NCBI RefSeq assembly: GCF_006345805.1
Contig: NC_043004.1
Span: 68,324,001 to 68,388,000, forward strand
Length of the DNA: 64,000 nt
Reading direction: 5' to 3'
From: Octopus sinensis
Lineage: Eukaryota
Part shown: positions 1 through 12,964 of the stretch, one piece after another
How positions within the stretch are numbered: the first letter of the stretch is position 1
Layout: every line of letters starts with the position of its first letter
The notes under the pieces: model-generated
The model's input: the letters and a program-made list of their open reading frames with translations, nothing else
Database searches by the model: none
What the model was told of the DNA's origin: nothing
Program-made: the position numbers and the translations under genes

Positions 1-100
1 ATGAAAGGCAAAGTCGACCTCGGCGGAATTTGAACTCAGAACGTAACGGCAGATAAAAATACAGCTACGCATTTCGCCCGGCATGCTAATGTTTCTGCCA
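1..100 (-). mobile_element. tRNA-derived SINE, family M (Meta/MESC-domain-like), 5' head fragment
   Basis: Reverse strand reads CTGGCAGAAACATTAGCATGCCGGGCGAAATGCG...CTGAGTTCAAATTCCGCCGAGGTCGACTTTGCCTTTCAT, with A-box and B-box-like motifs. Same family as 9017-9418, 33850-34590 and 57960-58485. Confidence 0.8.
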
Positions 101-544
101 GTATCATCATCATCATCGTCCTCATCATCGTTGTCATCGAGATCACCATCGTGTTAACATCAATCGCCATTACTTTCGACCTCACTATCGTCGCCGTCGT
201 CGTCCCGTCGCCATCATCGTCGTCGGCGCCGCTGCCTTCGTCTTCGCAATCGCCGTCCTCTACTCCATTTCTAGCTGCTACAACAGTTTAAAATCGACAG
301 CGAATTCACGAAGCTATTAAAAGTCGTTAAAATAGATATTACATGACTATATATGGTATTATTTAAAGAGGATATATTTTTCATTTCAATTGTGGAAATA
401 GAATTCAATTTGATTGCAGTCTTATTTATATCCATTTATATTTATTTAATTCATTCCTTGTCATTATTCTAAATATTATTATTATTATTATTATCATCAC
501 CATCATCATGATTACTATTATCATTATTATTATTATTATTATTA

Positions 545-597
<53 letters not shown>

Positions 598-615
598 CAT
601 TATCATCATTATTGT
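101..615. repeat. Trinucleotide microsatellites (CAT/CGT-rich 101-270; (ATT)n 474-615)
   Basis: Directly visible; explains ORF 508..708. Confidence 0.95.
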
Positions 616-770
616 TGTTGTTATTTTTCAGTGTTCAAGCATTTATTTTCGTGTAATCTCTGGTTTGCCGTATTTAAACTTTTAATGGAATACAGAATAG
701 TAGTATAGAATTTCAGTGTTCGAATGACAATGAAGTATAAATTGTCTAGTCACATAACACGTCTATATGT

Positions 771-850
<80 letters not shown>

Positions 851-1571
851 ACTAAAAATAAGGTGTCTAAGAGACACCACCATGCCGAAACAGCAGTCAA
901 AACCCTGACTTTAGAAACCACGTTAAATGTTCAAATCGTACCATGAGATAAGACAGAGGGGCAACATAGACTAGCAAAAAATATTATTGAATAATTCAAG
1001 ATCCAGGGTTTCTGGTTTTGCTTTAGATAAGCTTTACCGTCATCGGATGAATATTTCAAAGTACATAAATACATATATATATATATATATATATATATGC
1101 AGAACAAATGTTATACTTACATATACGAACGTCCATACATACATATGTATGCACGTATGCACAAGGCCAGTTAAATTGCCGGCGAAAACACCCCATAAGC
1201 ACGTTCGTAATTGTAAGTATAATGTTTGTTCTGCATATATATATATATATCTGCATTTATGTACTTTGATATATTCAACCGATGACGGTAAAGATTATTT
1301 AAAGCAAAACCAGAAATCCTGGATCTTGAATTATTCAATAATATTTTTTGCTAGTCTATTTTGTCCCTCTGTCTTATCTCATGGTACGATATGAACATTT
1401 AACGTGGTTTTTAAAATCAGGGTTTTGACTGCTATTTCGGCATGGTGGTGTCTCTTAGACACCCTTATTTTTGGTGTAAAAAAATTATTACCTTTGTACT
1501 TTTTTTTCCCCATGCTGGCCACTTGATAATATCGATATTTAAATATCGGTGCTTCGTTGTGCCATTTATTT

Positions 1572-1575
<4 letters not shown>
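851..1575 (+). mobile_element. Non-autonomous inverted-arm element with hammerhead-like motif (Penelope pLTR-like)
   Basis: 851-1134 is an imperfect reverse complement of ~1201-1475 with a ~65-bp spacer. The right arm continues ~100 bp further. Both ends abut (TA)n runs. Confidence 0.7.
1273..1331 (+). ncRNA. Type I hammerhead ribozyme-like motif, variant core CCGAUGA (inverted copy at 994-1052, minus strand)
   Basis: Stem I ATTCAA/TTGAAT; core CCGATGA; stem II GGT...ACC; GAAA; near-palindromic stem III ATCCTGGAT; AUC triplet ending at 1325. Confidence 0.55.
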
Positions 1576-1635
<60 letters not shown>

Positions 1636-1719
1636 TATACCCATATATATATACATACACATATATTTTTGATCATCATGATTTTCATCGCCAGACACTG
1701 CCGTCGTATATGTACATAA

Positions 1720-1720
<1 letters not shown>

Positions 1721-1805
<85 letters not shown>
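1721..1805. repeat. (GATA)n microsatellite
   Basis: Pure tetranucleotide run. Confidence 0.97.
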
Positions 1806-2149
1806 TCTACTACTACTACTATTCATATTAATACTAAAACCGTTAGTTTTGCTTTTATGACTACTATTAATATTTGTATTAAAAGATATACCTCAATTTC
1901 AGTTTATATTATTTGATGTATTCAAACTCTTCACTATTCCTGGACGTCTGTGGTGAAGGGCTTCGATGATTTTCTTTGATGACACCTACTTGTTTGTGAA
2001 ATAACTAACACTTGCTGTAGTGATGCTTCACGAATTATAGGTCGTTTGTCTACCACGCTTGTCGTGATTGTTTGCGCTACAATGACATTGCAAAGACTTA
2101 CTAAATTCTTAAATAAATAATTAAGTTGACTTAAGGAAACTTAAAACTT

Positions 2150-2570
2150 GACAGTTCGACAGAAAGAAAATGAAATGCCACTATTCATAGAGTTTGTAGA
2201 AGAGACCCATTCTAATGAGACGATGTGCCACTCGAGCAAACCGTTCAATGTCTGACGTATCTCACTTACTTTGAAAGCGGTTTGCAACACGTTTCCTTTT
2301 CTGTTGAGAAACATGATAGGTCGCCCAAGTAGATACTATCTTATGTTCCATGCCCGCCACTAGCCCTAAACATGTGCGCAGAGAATGTCTGCTCGAAAAG
2401 CGTATGCATCTGCCTAAACTCGATTACCACGACTCCACTATGGTTAATAAATGAAAAAGTTGCGTGGTTTCAAAGAAGAGCTTTTACCTCCTGGTCTCTA
2501 AGAATATGCACCGTGTATTTTCCAATGCTCGTTCTTCTGTACATGTATTTAGCGCCATTTTCAAATTTAG
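2150..2570 (-). pseudogene. Possible highly decayed mariner transposase N-terminal relic
   Basis: Minus-strand fragments (MALNTCTEE..., GRP, KVSEIRQTL) resemble a mariner N-terminus across several frameshifts. Weak. Confidence 0.3.
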
Positions 2571-3303
2571 CTAGCAGTCACGACGCTGGTGTTGATGTGG
2601 TTGTTCAGTGAAAATCGACTGCAAGAAGCAGCAAAGATATATGTGGTTCTGATAACCATGATAACAATAATTTGTTGTAGCATGGACACAAGGTTACAAA
2701 CCTGATGAGGCAAGATTATGTTATTCTAGCGCCCGATGAGCTTGATTGTCACAATATTTTATCGACCCCAACATGTTACAAAGTAAATTCGACTCACTCG
2801 AATTTGATCTTAGAACATAAACAACCGGAACTCATACTGCAAAACCTTTTGTGCGGTGCGCTGCGGCTTCTGCCAAAGCATGCCAATAAGAGTTTCTGAC
2901 CAAGGCCCAAGGTCAGTAATTCTGAGACCATGTGGTATATGTGTGTGGGAGGGAGGAGGTTGGTAGTGCCGAGCCCAGTATTTGAATCATAGGTTACTTT
3001 ATCGAGCCTCTGGTATGAAACGTAAAGTAGACCTCTCTGACATCTGAATTCACTATGTAAAGAGGCAGAATAAATAATGCAAGGCATCTTCTTTTCTCGA
3101 TGCTCTACCGCTTTTGTAAATCTATACTAATAATTATTGTCTCTAATATATAATGTAGCTTACCTTTCAACTTATTTTAGAACATGGTTGAGCCCATAAA
3201 ATAGGATTTGGCTATACCTCCATTTAGAGCACAGTTTTAGCTATTTTTTCGTGGGAGAAGGTTTGTGTTCCTATAAACTGTGTTAATTCTGTAACCCTTT
3301 AAA

Positions 3304-3689
3304 ATGGAAGATAAGAAAGTTCATTTTCAGCACTTGATGCTTTGGGAACCAGACAAAAATTGTTGCAGCTCGGTTGGGATGTGTTACCCTACCCTCCATA
3401 TTCACCAGATATTGCTCTTTCGGATTTCCACTTATTCACGTCTCTGCAGAATAGTCTTAATGGTAAAAATTTCAATTCCTTGGATGCCGTAAAAAGAGAC
3501 CTTAATCAATTATTTGCCATGAAACCAACTCAATTCAAGGAAGAGGGCATTTTCAAGTTAAAGGAAATATAGAGACGCATTGTGTAAGGAAATGGTTTAT
3601 ATTTGGTGGATTAAAAATGTAATGGCAAGTATTTAATGACCTTTTTCTTTCCTTTAAAAAGCGGTACGAACTTTCCGGATAACCCAATA
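3304..3689 (+). mobile_element. Internally deleted mariner (DD34D-type) element
   Basis: MEDKKVHFQHLML start is fused to C-terminal TRQKLLQLGWDVLPYPPYSPDIALSDFHLF. Ends with TIR-like GAACTTTCCGGATAACCCAATA. Homologous to the copy at 39290-40548. Confidence 0.85.
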
Positions 3690-3977
3690 CATACACACAC
3701 ATATACACATACACGAGGCAAGGTGCTGAGCTGAAAGAATCGTTAACAATCCGGACAAGATGCTTAGCAACATTGACTGGTGCTTATCTTATCGAGCTCG
3801 GAATAATGAGACGGCTTAGCACTATACTTTATAGTTTTGGATGATTTCTAGACGGTTTATCGGGAGTTATCAATTATTTATACTTGTGTTACTCACCCGA
3901 AAGCACAACAATTGTTAATAACTTTTACAAATACTAACATCTAAAGAAATTTATGAAGTTCTAAGTTAGCATATAGA

Positions 3978-4274
3978 GGCGCAATGGCCCAATTGTTAGG
4001 GCAGCGGACTCGCGATTTCGATCCCCAGACCGGGCGTTGTGTGTATTTATTGAGCGAAAACACGTAAAAGCTCCACGAGGCTCCGGCATTGGGTGGTGGC
4101 GACCCCTGTTGTACTCTTTCGCCACAACCTTCTCTCACTCTCACTTCCTGTTGCTTAAGTAACGCTGCGATGGACTGGCATTCCGTCCAGCTGGGGGGAA
4201 CACATACGCCACAGAAACCCAACACCGGCCCATGGGCCTGGCTAGGCTTGAAAAGGGCGACGTTTAATCGTTTT
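3978..4274 (+). mobile_element. tRNA-derived SINE, third family (V-domain-like 3' segment)
   Basis: Head GGCGCAATGGCCCAATTGTTAGGGCAGCGGACTCGCGATTTCGATCCCC. Internal CTGCGATGGACTGGCATTCCGTCCAG resembles V-SINE motifs (from recall). Ends at (TA)n. Confidence 0.55.
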
Positions 4275-4290
4275 ATATATATACATATAC

Positions 4291-4346
<56 letters not shown>

Positions 4347-4382
4347 TATACACATATATATATGAGTACACACACACACAAC

Positions 4383-4418
<36 letters not shown>

Positions 4419-5609
4419 AATACACACACATATATAAACACAAATATGCATGTATACTTACGCATACGTATATATGTGCGTGTGAGTATGTATGTTTGTA
4501 TGAATGTGTTACAAAAGCAGCTGCTCAATTTCGTTTGTACACAATCGCTTCAAAGTGCACAGATTCCTCTTTCAAGATACAATCTTATTTAACAAATTTA
4601 GTTAGCCATTAATCTTGATGTAAGCTGGGTTTGAAATCAGAACGTAAAGAAAGTAAATTTTATCCTTCCTAAAACAGGAACTATAAGAAAAGAAGATCGT
4701 ATACATATAGACAGAAGCTATGCTATATTACAGAGTTTTATTCTTAAATTTAAAATTTTTCTAGATCTCATAGTTAATCCGATAAAAATATATTTCATGG
4801 AACAGTAGAAAACCCTTCGAAATTTCGTGAAGCGTTTTAAAAGTTTCTTTTATATAATATACAAAAGTGAATAGTGTAAAATCCTAAAAGTGCAATGCTA
4901 TATAACAAATAAATATACGAAAGATACACTGGTATCATAAGAATGTGCAGATAACATTTGAACATCAAGTGTATACAGAATGTTTGCTTAAATTTTTTAC
5001 TCGCAAAGTGACAATGTTTAGTCAAGAATTCTCGTTCTAGAGCTTAGAACTTTGTATTTTTATAGAACAGGGAAAAGGTATGGAAAGAAAGGGATTATCG
5101 TAAAGCTGTAACTGTATCAAGTTTGGATTAGGGATGAGATTTTAGAAATTTAGAAATGAAATTAATAAACTAAACTCGCTATCTTCAGTTCGGTGTTCGT
5201 GTCTACACTTATGCACATGAGTCTTGCGTATGACTGCGAATGCAAGTGGACGAGATGGAGTTACTCCAAAGGGTTTTTGGAGTAAAGTTGCTCATCAGAG
5301 GGCATTGCTCGGAAGGTAGAGAGGCCCTCCGAATAGAGCTGCCTTCATATACAACCGCTAATTCTTTTAGAAAAAAATGTGTTGTACCTGTATTTCAAGG
5401 GGTCAGCCTTGTCACACAGTGTCACGTTGAATCTACCTCAGAAGTATGTGAAGCGATGTGCGTGTCTGTGGAATGCTCAGCCACTCGCACGTTAGTCTCA
5501 TGAGCAAGCTGTTCCATTCATCAGTTCATCTGTAACCCTCGCCGTCGTAAGCGACGGAGTGCTAGTTATCAGGAGTTATATGTATACAAGAGTAGCTGTG
5601 TAGGTTGCA

Positions 5610-5765
5610 GCAGTTGTTGTGTGGTAAGGAGCTTGCTTACTAACCACATGGTTCCCGGTTCAGACCCACTCCGTGGCACCTTCGACAAGTGTCCTCTAAT
5701 ATAGCCTCGGGCTAGTCAAAGCTATGGGAGTGGATTTGGTAGACGGAAACTGAAAGAAGCCCGTC
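5610..5765 (+). mobile_element. tRNA-derived CORE-like SINE (family C), 5' half; the 3' half is at 6861-7072
   Basis: TGTGTGGTAAGGAGCTTGCTT...GGTTCAGACCCACTCCGTGGCACCTTCGACAAGTG...GAAACTGAAAGAAGCCCGTC matches the intact copy at 62457-62880. Confidence 0.85.
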
Positions 5766-5785
5766 ATATATATATATATTATATA

Positions 5786-5825
<40 letters not shown>

Positions 5826-5829
<4 letters not shown>

Positions 5830-6825
5830 TCAATAACATTGAGGAACGGCCTCAATAGGCCATTCGACCCATTAGAAAGAGCAGCCGGACTCAAACCGCC
5901 AAGTAATAGTAATTCAGAAATTAAAAGAAAATTAAAAAAACATTTACCCTATTCATCTTTAGATAATGCATTGGTTCAATGTTTTTAATGGCATACCAGC
6001 CTAATTAAATTAAATTAAACTTAATTAAGTCGATCTACCAAAGGCCACATCTCATCGGTAAAGAAGCCAGGAGAGACAGGCATACACGAGGCAGTAGTAT
6101 CTATGCTTCGGGAATGTCTGCCCTAAAATTTTCAAAAACTATCGTAATCGCGCCAAACTTATCAGCAGCAAATATAAACTGCTGATTTAATTTCGAGGGT
6201 CGAATGGCCTATTTGAGGCCGTTCCTCAATTGTTGTTGAATTTATATATATATAGTCTTTGACTATTTTCTCTCTCTCACTAGACCGCTGGTGGAGAAAA
6301 AATTTCTATTGAATTTTTAGCTACCCTATATTGATTAATTGATGAGTTTCTGACTAATTCTGAAATTAAATCAGCAGTTTATATTTGCTGCTGATAAGTT
6401 TGGCGCGATTACGATAGTTTTTGAAAATTTTAGGGCAGACATTCCCGAAGCATAGATACTACTGCCTCGTGTATGCCTGTCTCTCCTGGCTTCTTTACCG
6501 ATGAGATGTGGCCTTTGGTAAATCGACTTAATTAAGTTTAATTTAATTTAATTAGGCTGGTATGCCATTAAAAACATTGAACCAATGCATTGTCTAAAGA
6601 TGAATAGGGTAAATATTTTTTTAATTTTCTTTTAATTTCTGAATCACTATTACTTGGCGGTTTGAGTCCTGGCTGCTCTTTCTAATGGGTCGAATGGCCT
6701 ATTTGAGGCCGTTCCTCAATTGTTGTTGAATTTATATATATATAGTCTGACTATTTTCTCTCTCTCACTAGACCGCTGGTGGCGAAATAATTTCTATTGA
6801 ATTTTTTGCTACCCTATATTGATTA

Positions 6826-6826
<1 letters not shown>
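5826..6826 (+). mobile_element. Inverted-plus-tandem insertion (490-bp monomer) inside the SINE microsatellite
   Basis: 5826-6192 is the reverse complement of ~6363-6732. 6197-6338 is directly repeated at 6687-6826. (TA)n on both sides. Confidence 0.75.
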
Positions 6827-6859
<33 letters not shown>

Positions 6860-6860
6860 A

Positions 6861-7072
6861 ATGTGCGTGTGTGTCTGTCTATATTAGTGTCCCTGTGTTT
6901 GCCTCCCCTCATTGCTTGACAACCGATGTCGGTGTGTTTACGTTCCCGTAACATAACGGTTCGGCAAATGAGACAGATAGGATAAGTCCTGGGGTCGATT
7001 TCTTCGACTAAAAGCGGTGCTCCTCATTGCTGCAGTCAAATGACCGAAACGAAATAAGAAAAATAAAAGGAA
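6861..7072 (+). mobile_element. Family C SINE 3' half
   Basis: GCTTGACAACCGATGTCGGTGTGTTTACG...GGGGTCGATTTCTTCGACTAAAAGCGGTGCTCC...CAGTCAAATGACCGAAAC. Confidence 0.85.
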
Positions 7073-7095
7073 AAAATATATATTTATATATATAT

Positions 7096-7156
<61 letters not shown>

Positions 7157-7172
7157 TATATGTATATATATA

Positions 7173-7219
<47 letters not shown>

Positions 7220-7224
<5 letters not shown>

Positions 7225-8477
7225 TTTGGACAAAATAATGGAAACACCTAGCATCATATCGTCATAATTTTCAAATACCTATAAAATGGTCAAAAGCTTG
7301 TTTATCTTAATGTCTTTTGATTTATTATTAGTGTTACTTAATATGTTTTGATAAAATTGCTGTGTCTTTTCAGATATCATCAGAAAATGTAATTAAAATT
7401 CATTAAAATGACAGATCTATCGGACTTTCTAAGAGGTTAAATTGCTAGTGCTCGTATGACAGGCGTAGCGTAACGAAAACACCCGAAATCTTTGCTGTAT
7501 CAAGACGTACTGTCTCGAATGTAATGGAAGCCTTTGAGAAAGAAGGAAAAGCCTCCTCGTCGAAACAAAACTCCGGAAGAAAACCCAAACTTTCGGATAG
7601 GGACCGTGGGCCTCATGCGCGTATTGTTAGAAAGTATCACAAATGTACTGCTCCCAAAATTACTGCCGAACATAATGACCACCTCGAGAACCCAGTTTCC
7701 ACAAGAACTGTTCGCCGGGAGCAGCCCAAAGCCGGATTTCATGGGAGGGCTGCAATGAGAAAACCACTGCTTTCAAGAACAAACATTGTAAAGCGTTTAG
7801 AGTGGAGTAAAAACCTACAATTGGTTCCTAGAGCAGTGGAAGAATGTTATTTTCTCGGATGATTCCTCTTTTACCTTATTTCCGACTACCAGCCTAGTAT
7901 AAGTGTTGAGACAGTCAAAAGAAGCATTTTACCCAGACTGCCTTCTTCCAACTGTTCAACATGGAGGAGGATCTGTGATGATCTGGTAGGGGGCGTTTTC
8001 TTGGAAATCCACTGGCCCAATGGTTTCCCTTCATGGCAACATTAATTGTCAAGACTATTTAAGCATTTCATCTTATGGTTGAGGAACTGTTTCCGGGGGG
8101 AAACGCTGTCTTTCAGGATGATAATTCACCAATTCACGGACCTAAAATTGTTACTGAACGGTATGATGAATATTCAAATGAAGTTGAACATCTTATCTGG
8201 CCACCACATCCCACAGATCTCAATATTATTGAATATTTATGCTGCATTTTAGAAAAACAAATAAGGAATTGATATCCTCTACCATCATCACTACAAGAAC
8301 TGGAGACAATTTTAGCTGAAAAATGGACAAAAATTCCTTTGGAAACAATTCAAACTTTGTACGAGTCCATACCTCGTAGAATTCAAGCTGTAATTACTGC
8401 CAAAGGCGGGCCTGCCCCATATTTACATTAATTTGTTTGAAATTTTAAGCTGTTCCCACTCTTTATCCAACCCCTTC
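7220..8477 (+). mobile_element. Tc1-like DNA transposon, full length but decayed
   Basis: Degenerate ~29-bp TIRs (CAGAGTTTGGACAAAATAATGGAAACACC / GCTGTTCCCACTCTTTATCCAACCCCTTC) enclose a transposase pseudogene. Confidence 0.9.
7408..8431 (+). pseudogene. Tc1 (DD34E) transposase pseudogene
   Basis: MTDLSDF..., NSGRKPKLSDRD, GFHGRAAMRKPLLS, FQDDNSPIH, WPPHPTDLNIIE, ...KGGPAPY. Multiple stops and frameshifts. Confidence 0.9.
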
Positions 8478-9016
8478 ATATCAACGTACTCTCAGTGCTG
8501 GAAAGTAAAGAATCATAATACAAGGAACTTAAAAAGGAATATAGCAGAAAAAATGTATCTAGGCGATATATATTGGCATCTGTGTGAGAAAGAGATGGGA
8601 GCAATGTCGGATATTTAACCATAACTAATGGCTTCAAAGGTTATTTGAAGATATAAATAAAGATGCATCAGAGATGTTCCGTTCATAGATGAGTATGGAA
8701 ATTAGAATTATAGCTCCATACAAATAGCGTAGGGCAAGTAAGTATTAGGAATGTCCAACAGAGAGCCTATACAGAATATAAATTAAAATTAGAACGTACC
8801 GTTGAAATCAGTACGTAGTGTTATTAAATCACTTGTTAAGGTTTTCTCTATAGATCTTCTATAGAAAGGATAAACAGCACTGGTCTGTTACGGCGTTTCG
8901 TATCCGAATACGTTTAATGTAAACAACACTGCGATCGAAAATAGAAACATGGGTATGGGCCGCATATGCCATTGCATGAGTTCTTGTACCCTCTCAGGCA
9001 CCACATCCAGTCCATT

Positions 9017-9418
9017 TTTTCTACTCTAGGCACAAGGCCAGATATTTGAGAGAGGGGGCTAGTCGATTAGATTGACCCCAGTATGCAAATGGTACTTAAT
9101 TTATCGACCCCGAAAGGATGAAATGCAAAGTCGACCTCGGCGGAATTTGTACTCAGAAAGTAAAGACAGTCGAAATACCTATTTCTTTACTGCCCACAAG
9201 GGGCTAAACTCAGAAAGGACAAACAAGGACAGATAACGGATTAAGTCGATGACATCGACACCAGTGCGTAACTGGCACTTATTTAATCGACCCCGAAAGG
9301 ATGTAAGGAAAAGTCGACCTCGGCGGAATTTGAACTCAGAACGTAACAGCAGACCAAATACCGCTAAGCATTTCGCCCGGCGTGCTAACGGTTCTGCCAG
9401 CTCACCGCCCTTCCATTG
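9017..9418 (-). mobile_element. Family M SINE, dimeric
   Basis: Full tRNA-like head at the 9418 end, plus a second unit retaining only the B-box half. Junction GAAATACCTATTTCTTTAC at ~9178. Confidence 0.85.
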
Positions 9419-10444
9419 GTTAATGGGCATCCAGTCCATTAACCATTCATGAACTCGTGGCACAAATAGATACTAGATATAATGGAGATACCAATTTTAC
9501 TTATTTTACATATTAAACGCATTCCTGGCAGCTGGTGCGTGGATATTAATTACTTTTAGGGACACCATATTGACTTATAAAGCGTCTATCATTAGTTGAA
9601 TGAAAAGCAGTCAGTTGTTTGTTTATTCTCACAACGCATAGCATTTCACATCACGCGCAACTGTGGTTCTGTGTGTGTGTCGGTGTTTTTGTTTGTGTGT
9701 ATGTGTGTGTGTTTTATGTGTAATGAAGCAAAAAATGAGAATTGAACGAAAGGATTACGTTATATGCAATGAACAATAACCACTGCCTTAGAATGTTCCT
9801 GTAAAACAACATCAGACTAAAGAAATCTGCTTATAATATGTCCGCACGTTTAAAAGAACGTCAAGAGCCACGCCATAGACACACATGCTCCTAGGCCCCA
9901 TCCTTCTATTTCATCACTGAATGGACATAACGACTCTACAGACAGTCGCTACTAAGACTTTATGTCCACGAGAATATATAAGCAGGGAGATGTGGTTGGG
10001 GTTGTGCGCGTGTATGTGTGTACATATACATAGTTACATGAGTGGGTTTGTATGTTATATATAAGTGTATATGGTGGCATGTAGATCAGAATATAGGGTT
10101 GGATCAATATTGCTGTTAGATCATGGCATTTAGTAGTAGCAGGAAGGGGTGAAATATTAAACAGAAAACGAATTGTTATATGCGAATATCCGTGTGTATG
10201 CATGTATATATATAAGCACATACATATTATATATGTATATATATATATATTATATATCTACATATAATACATATATTATATATATATATATATTTATTTA
10301 TCTATGTATGATATATATATATATATATAATATATATATATATACATAGATATAATATATATATATGTACATAGATATAATATGCATACATTATATATGT
10401 ATATATATAATATATATTTATATACGTATATATATATTTATATA

Positions 10445-10600
10445 CATACATACGTACGTATATACATACGTACGTACATACATACGTACGTACATACATA
10501 CATACGTACATACGTACATACATACATACGTACATACATATATACATACATACATACATACATACATACGTACATACATACATACATACATACATACAAA
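10445..10600. repeat. (CATA/CGTA)n microsatellite
   Basis: Directly visible. Confidence 0.95.
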
Positions 10601-11831
10601 TGCATGTACTTTATTTGGGTTGCAAGAAGGAAGGAAAAGGCAAAAGATAAAGGTGTGATGAAATGAATTTGAAACTTAGGGTTAGTATGAAAACATTAAA
10701 TTCTGTAATCAAAATATTTATAAAGTGAGCGTCAGTTAGTATTAGAAAGACGTCATTTGGTTTCGAGAGCTGGAATTTCCATATGAATAGATAGTCAAAA
10801 TAATCATCACGAGAATGTAAACCATCAGTTTTGAATATAAATGATCTAACTCGATAATTTTAGATAAAAATATGGTCTTGTTACAGAAGTCGTAGCAAAT
10901 CAAGGAATGTTCAACATATTACGTAGAGCAGGGCATGTGATATCAATGGAGAAAATGTCTTTTGATTTGAAATATTTTCAAAGAGAAAAATCACTTACAG
11001 CTCCAACTTTGATATGGTGGTGGTCTTGGAACGAATAGGAAAATCTTGGTAATATTGTCGTTTTATCTTTTAGCGATAAAGGCATATTTGCCGGAGAAAA
11101 CTTGTGTATGATCGCATAGCCTCCAGTTCTCGAAATGGGACAATGAACTCACGTCCGGCTTTCAAAAGCACTTACTTACCGGTTATTGCTTTAATGTGCC
11201 AGATATCTCTGAACATTAAACCCTGGCATCCTCCGTTTTCTTCTTCATCTATTTCTACTGCTTCTTCTTGTCTCCCTCCTTCTCCTTTTTCCTGGTCGTC
11301 TTCCTACTTTATTTTATCCTATTTTATTTTATTTTATTTTATTTTATTTCCATCTTTCTTTCTTCAGCTATCTTTTCAACTTCAAGTGAAATACGAAGGA
11401 ATATTATTTCTTTTTAAAGGAGAGATCGTTATATGAAATGATGAACAGGGGAGTGAGAAATGAAAGGGTGAGCTAGGATGAGAGAGAAACAGATGAATTG
11501 AGAGATAAACAGTGGGAGAGAGAGGGGTAAGGAGGGATGAGAGAAAGAAACGACGGAGTCTGAAACAGAATAAAGTGAGAATGAAAGTGATACAAAGGTG
11601 TGTGTGTGTGTGTGTGTGTGTGACTGACTGAGTGGCTGAGAGAGTTGTTCGACATCAATGAAATAGCCATTGAGATACTTGCGTGAATAAATATGTGATA
11701 CTAACACAGATTCATACACACAGCGTTATATATAGCCATACATAAATACATAATTTACAATGGTGTACATATCGTTATTTACATACATCTCTCCCTCTCT
11801 TTCTCTCTCTCATATATATATATACATACAG

Positions 11832-11900
<69 letters not shown>

Positions 11901-11975
11901 TACATATAAGTATAAATATATATACACAAACACACACGCATATATATATGTATTATATATATATATAATATATAT

Positions 11976-12009
<34 letters not shown>

Positions 12010-12767
12010 CATACATATTATGTATATACAGTGAGAGGGGTAGACTGACATGAAGGCAAACGGACACAGAACATCAATAAATTTTCAGTTGAACGTAGTA
12101 AATGTGTAAAATTTCAGATCGAAGTAGAAAGGATATTTAATTATGATGTCGGGTTAACATTATCTATTTATTGTGTAAAGTTTAACCGAGACCGATAAGC
12201 AGGCAAGTTCATTTCAGTGACCTCATGCGAAGAAGAACGATGGGTGGGAAGCAGGAGGAAACAGCGATGCTAATAACAACCATATATATTGAATAAATAT
12301 TAAGTCAATTTTTGGTAGGCTAGGAGTACAAGCAACTGAGTCGACAGGAGTATATTAGTTGAAATTGTAATATTGACCTTTCCGGATAGATGAAAGTGAA
12401 AATCTGAACTCGGCAGAATTTAAATATGGAATTACGAAGAATTTAAATACTGGAAAGTGATTCGTGCCATGATGTGAACTATGGATTTTAACTACAATTT
12501 ATGGAATATTAATAATAATGATTTCCAAATCCAGTACAATGCCAAATGCTTGTAATGGAATGATACAAATTTGTGAAAGTATCCTGCTTATTTAAGGAGT
12601 ACATTTTATCGATCGCCTTTCTTCTCTCTCTATGCATGACATTCTCTCTCTCTCTTTCTCATTCTCTGTCGCTCTGTCTGTCTCTCTCTCTCCTTCTCTG
12701 TCTATCTATCTATCTCTATTTCTTTCTCTCTTACAACATATATGCCACACATACGTGCTTTTACATA

Positions 12768-12838
<71 letters not shown>

Positions 12839-12964
12839 CATATATATATATATATATACATATATACATACACACCTTCGTACGTATATATATATATATA
12901 GCTATACATACATACATACATACGTGTGAGTGTGTGTGTGTGATAGTGTGTATGTGCCTACGTA

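Noticed and set aside
866-905. GCCGAAACAGCAGTC next to the GGTGTCT-aag-AGACACC hairpin as a second hammerhead
   Set aside because: No CUGANGA-like core upstream in either arm.
2702-2750. CTGATGA-GGC...GCC as a hammerhead
   Set aside because: No GAAA follows stem II, and there is no stem I or III.
5190-5565. Repeat-like blocks here and at 24590-24800
   Set aside because: They look like dispersed-repeat fragments, but have no second copy or diagnostic motif within the window.
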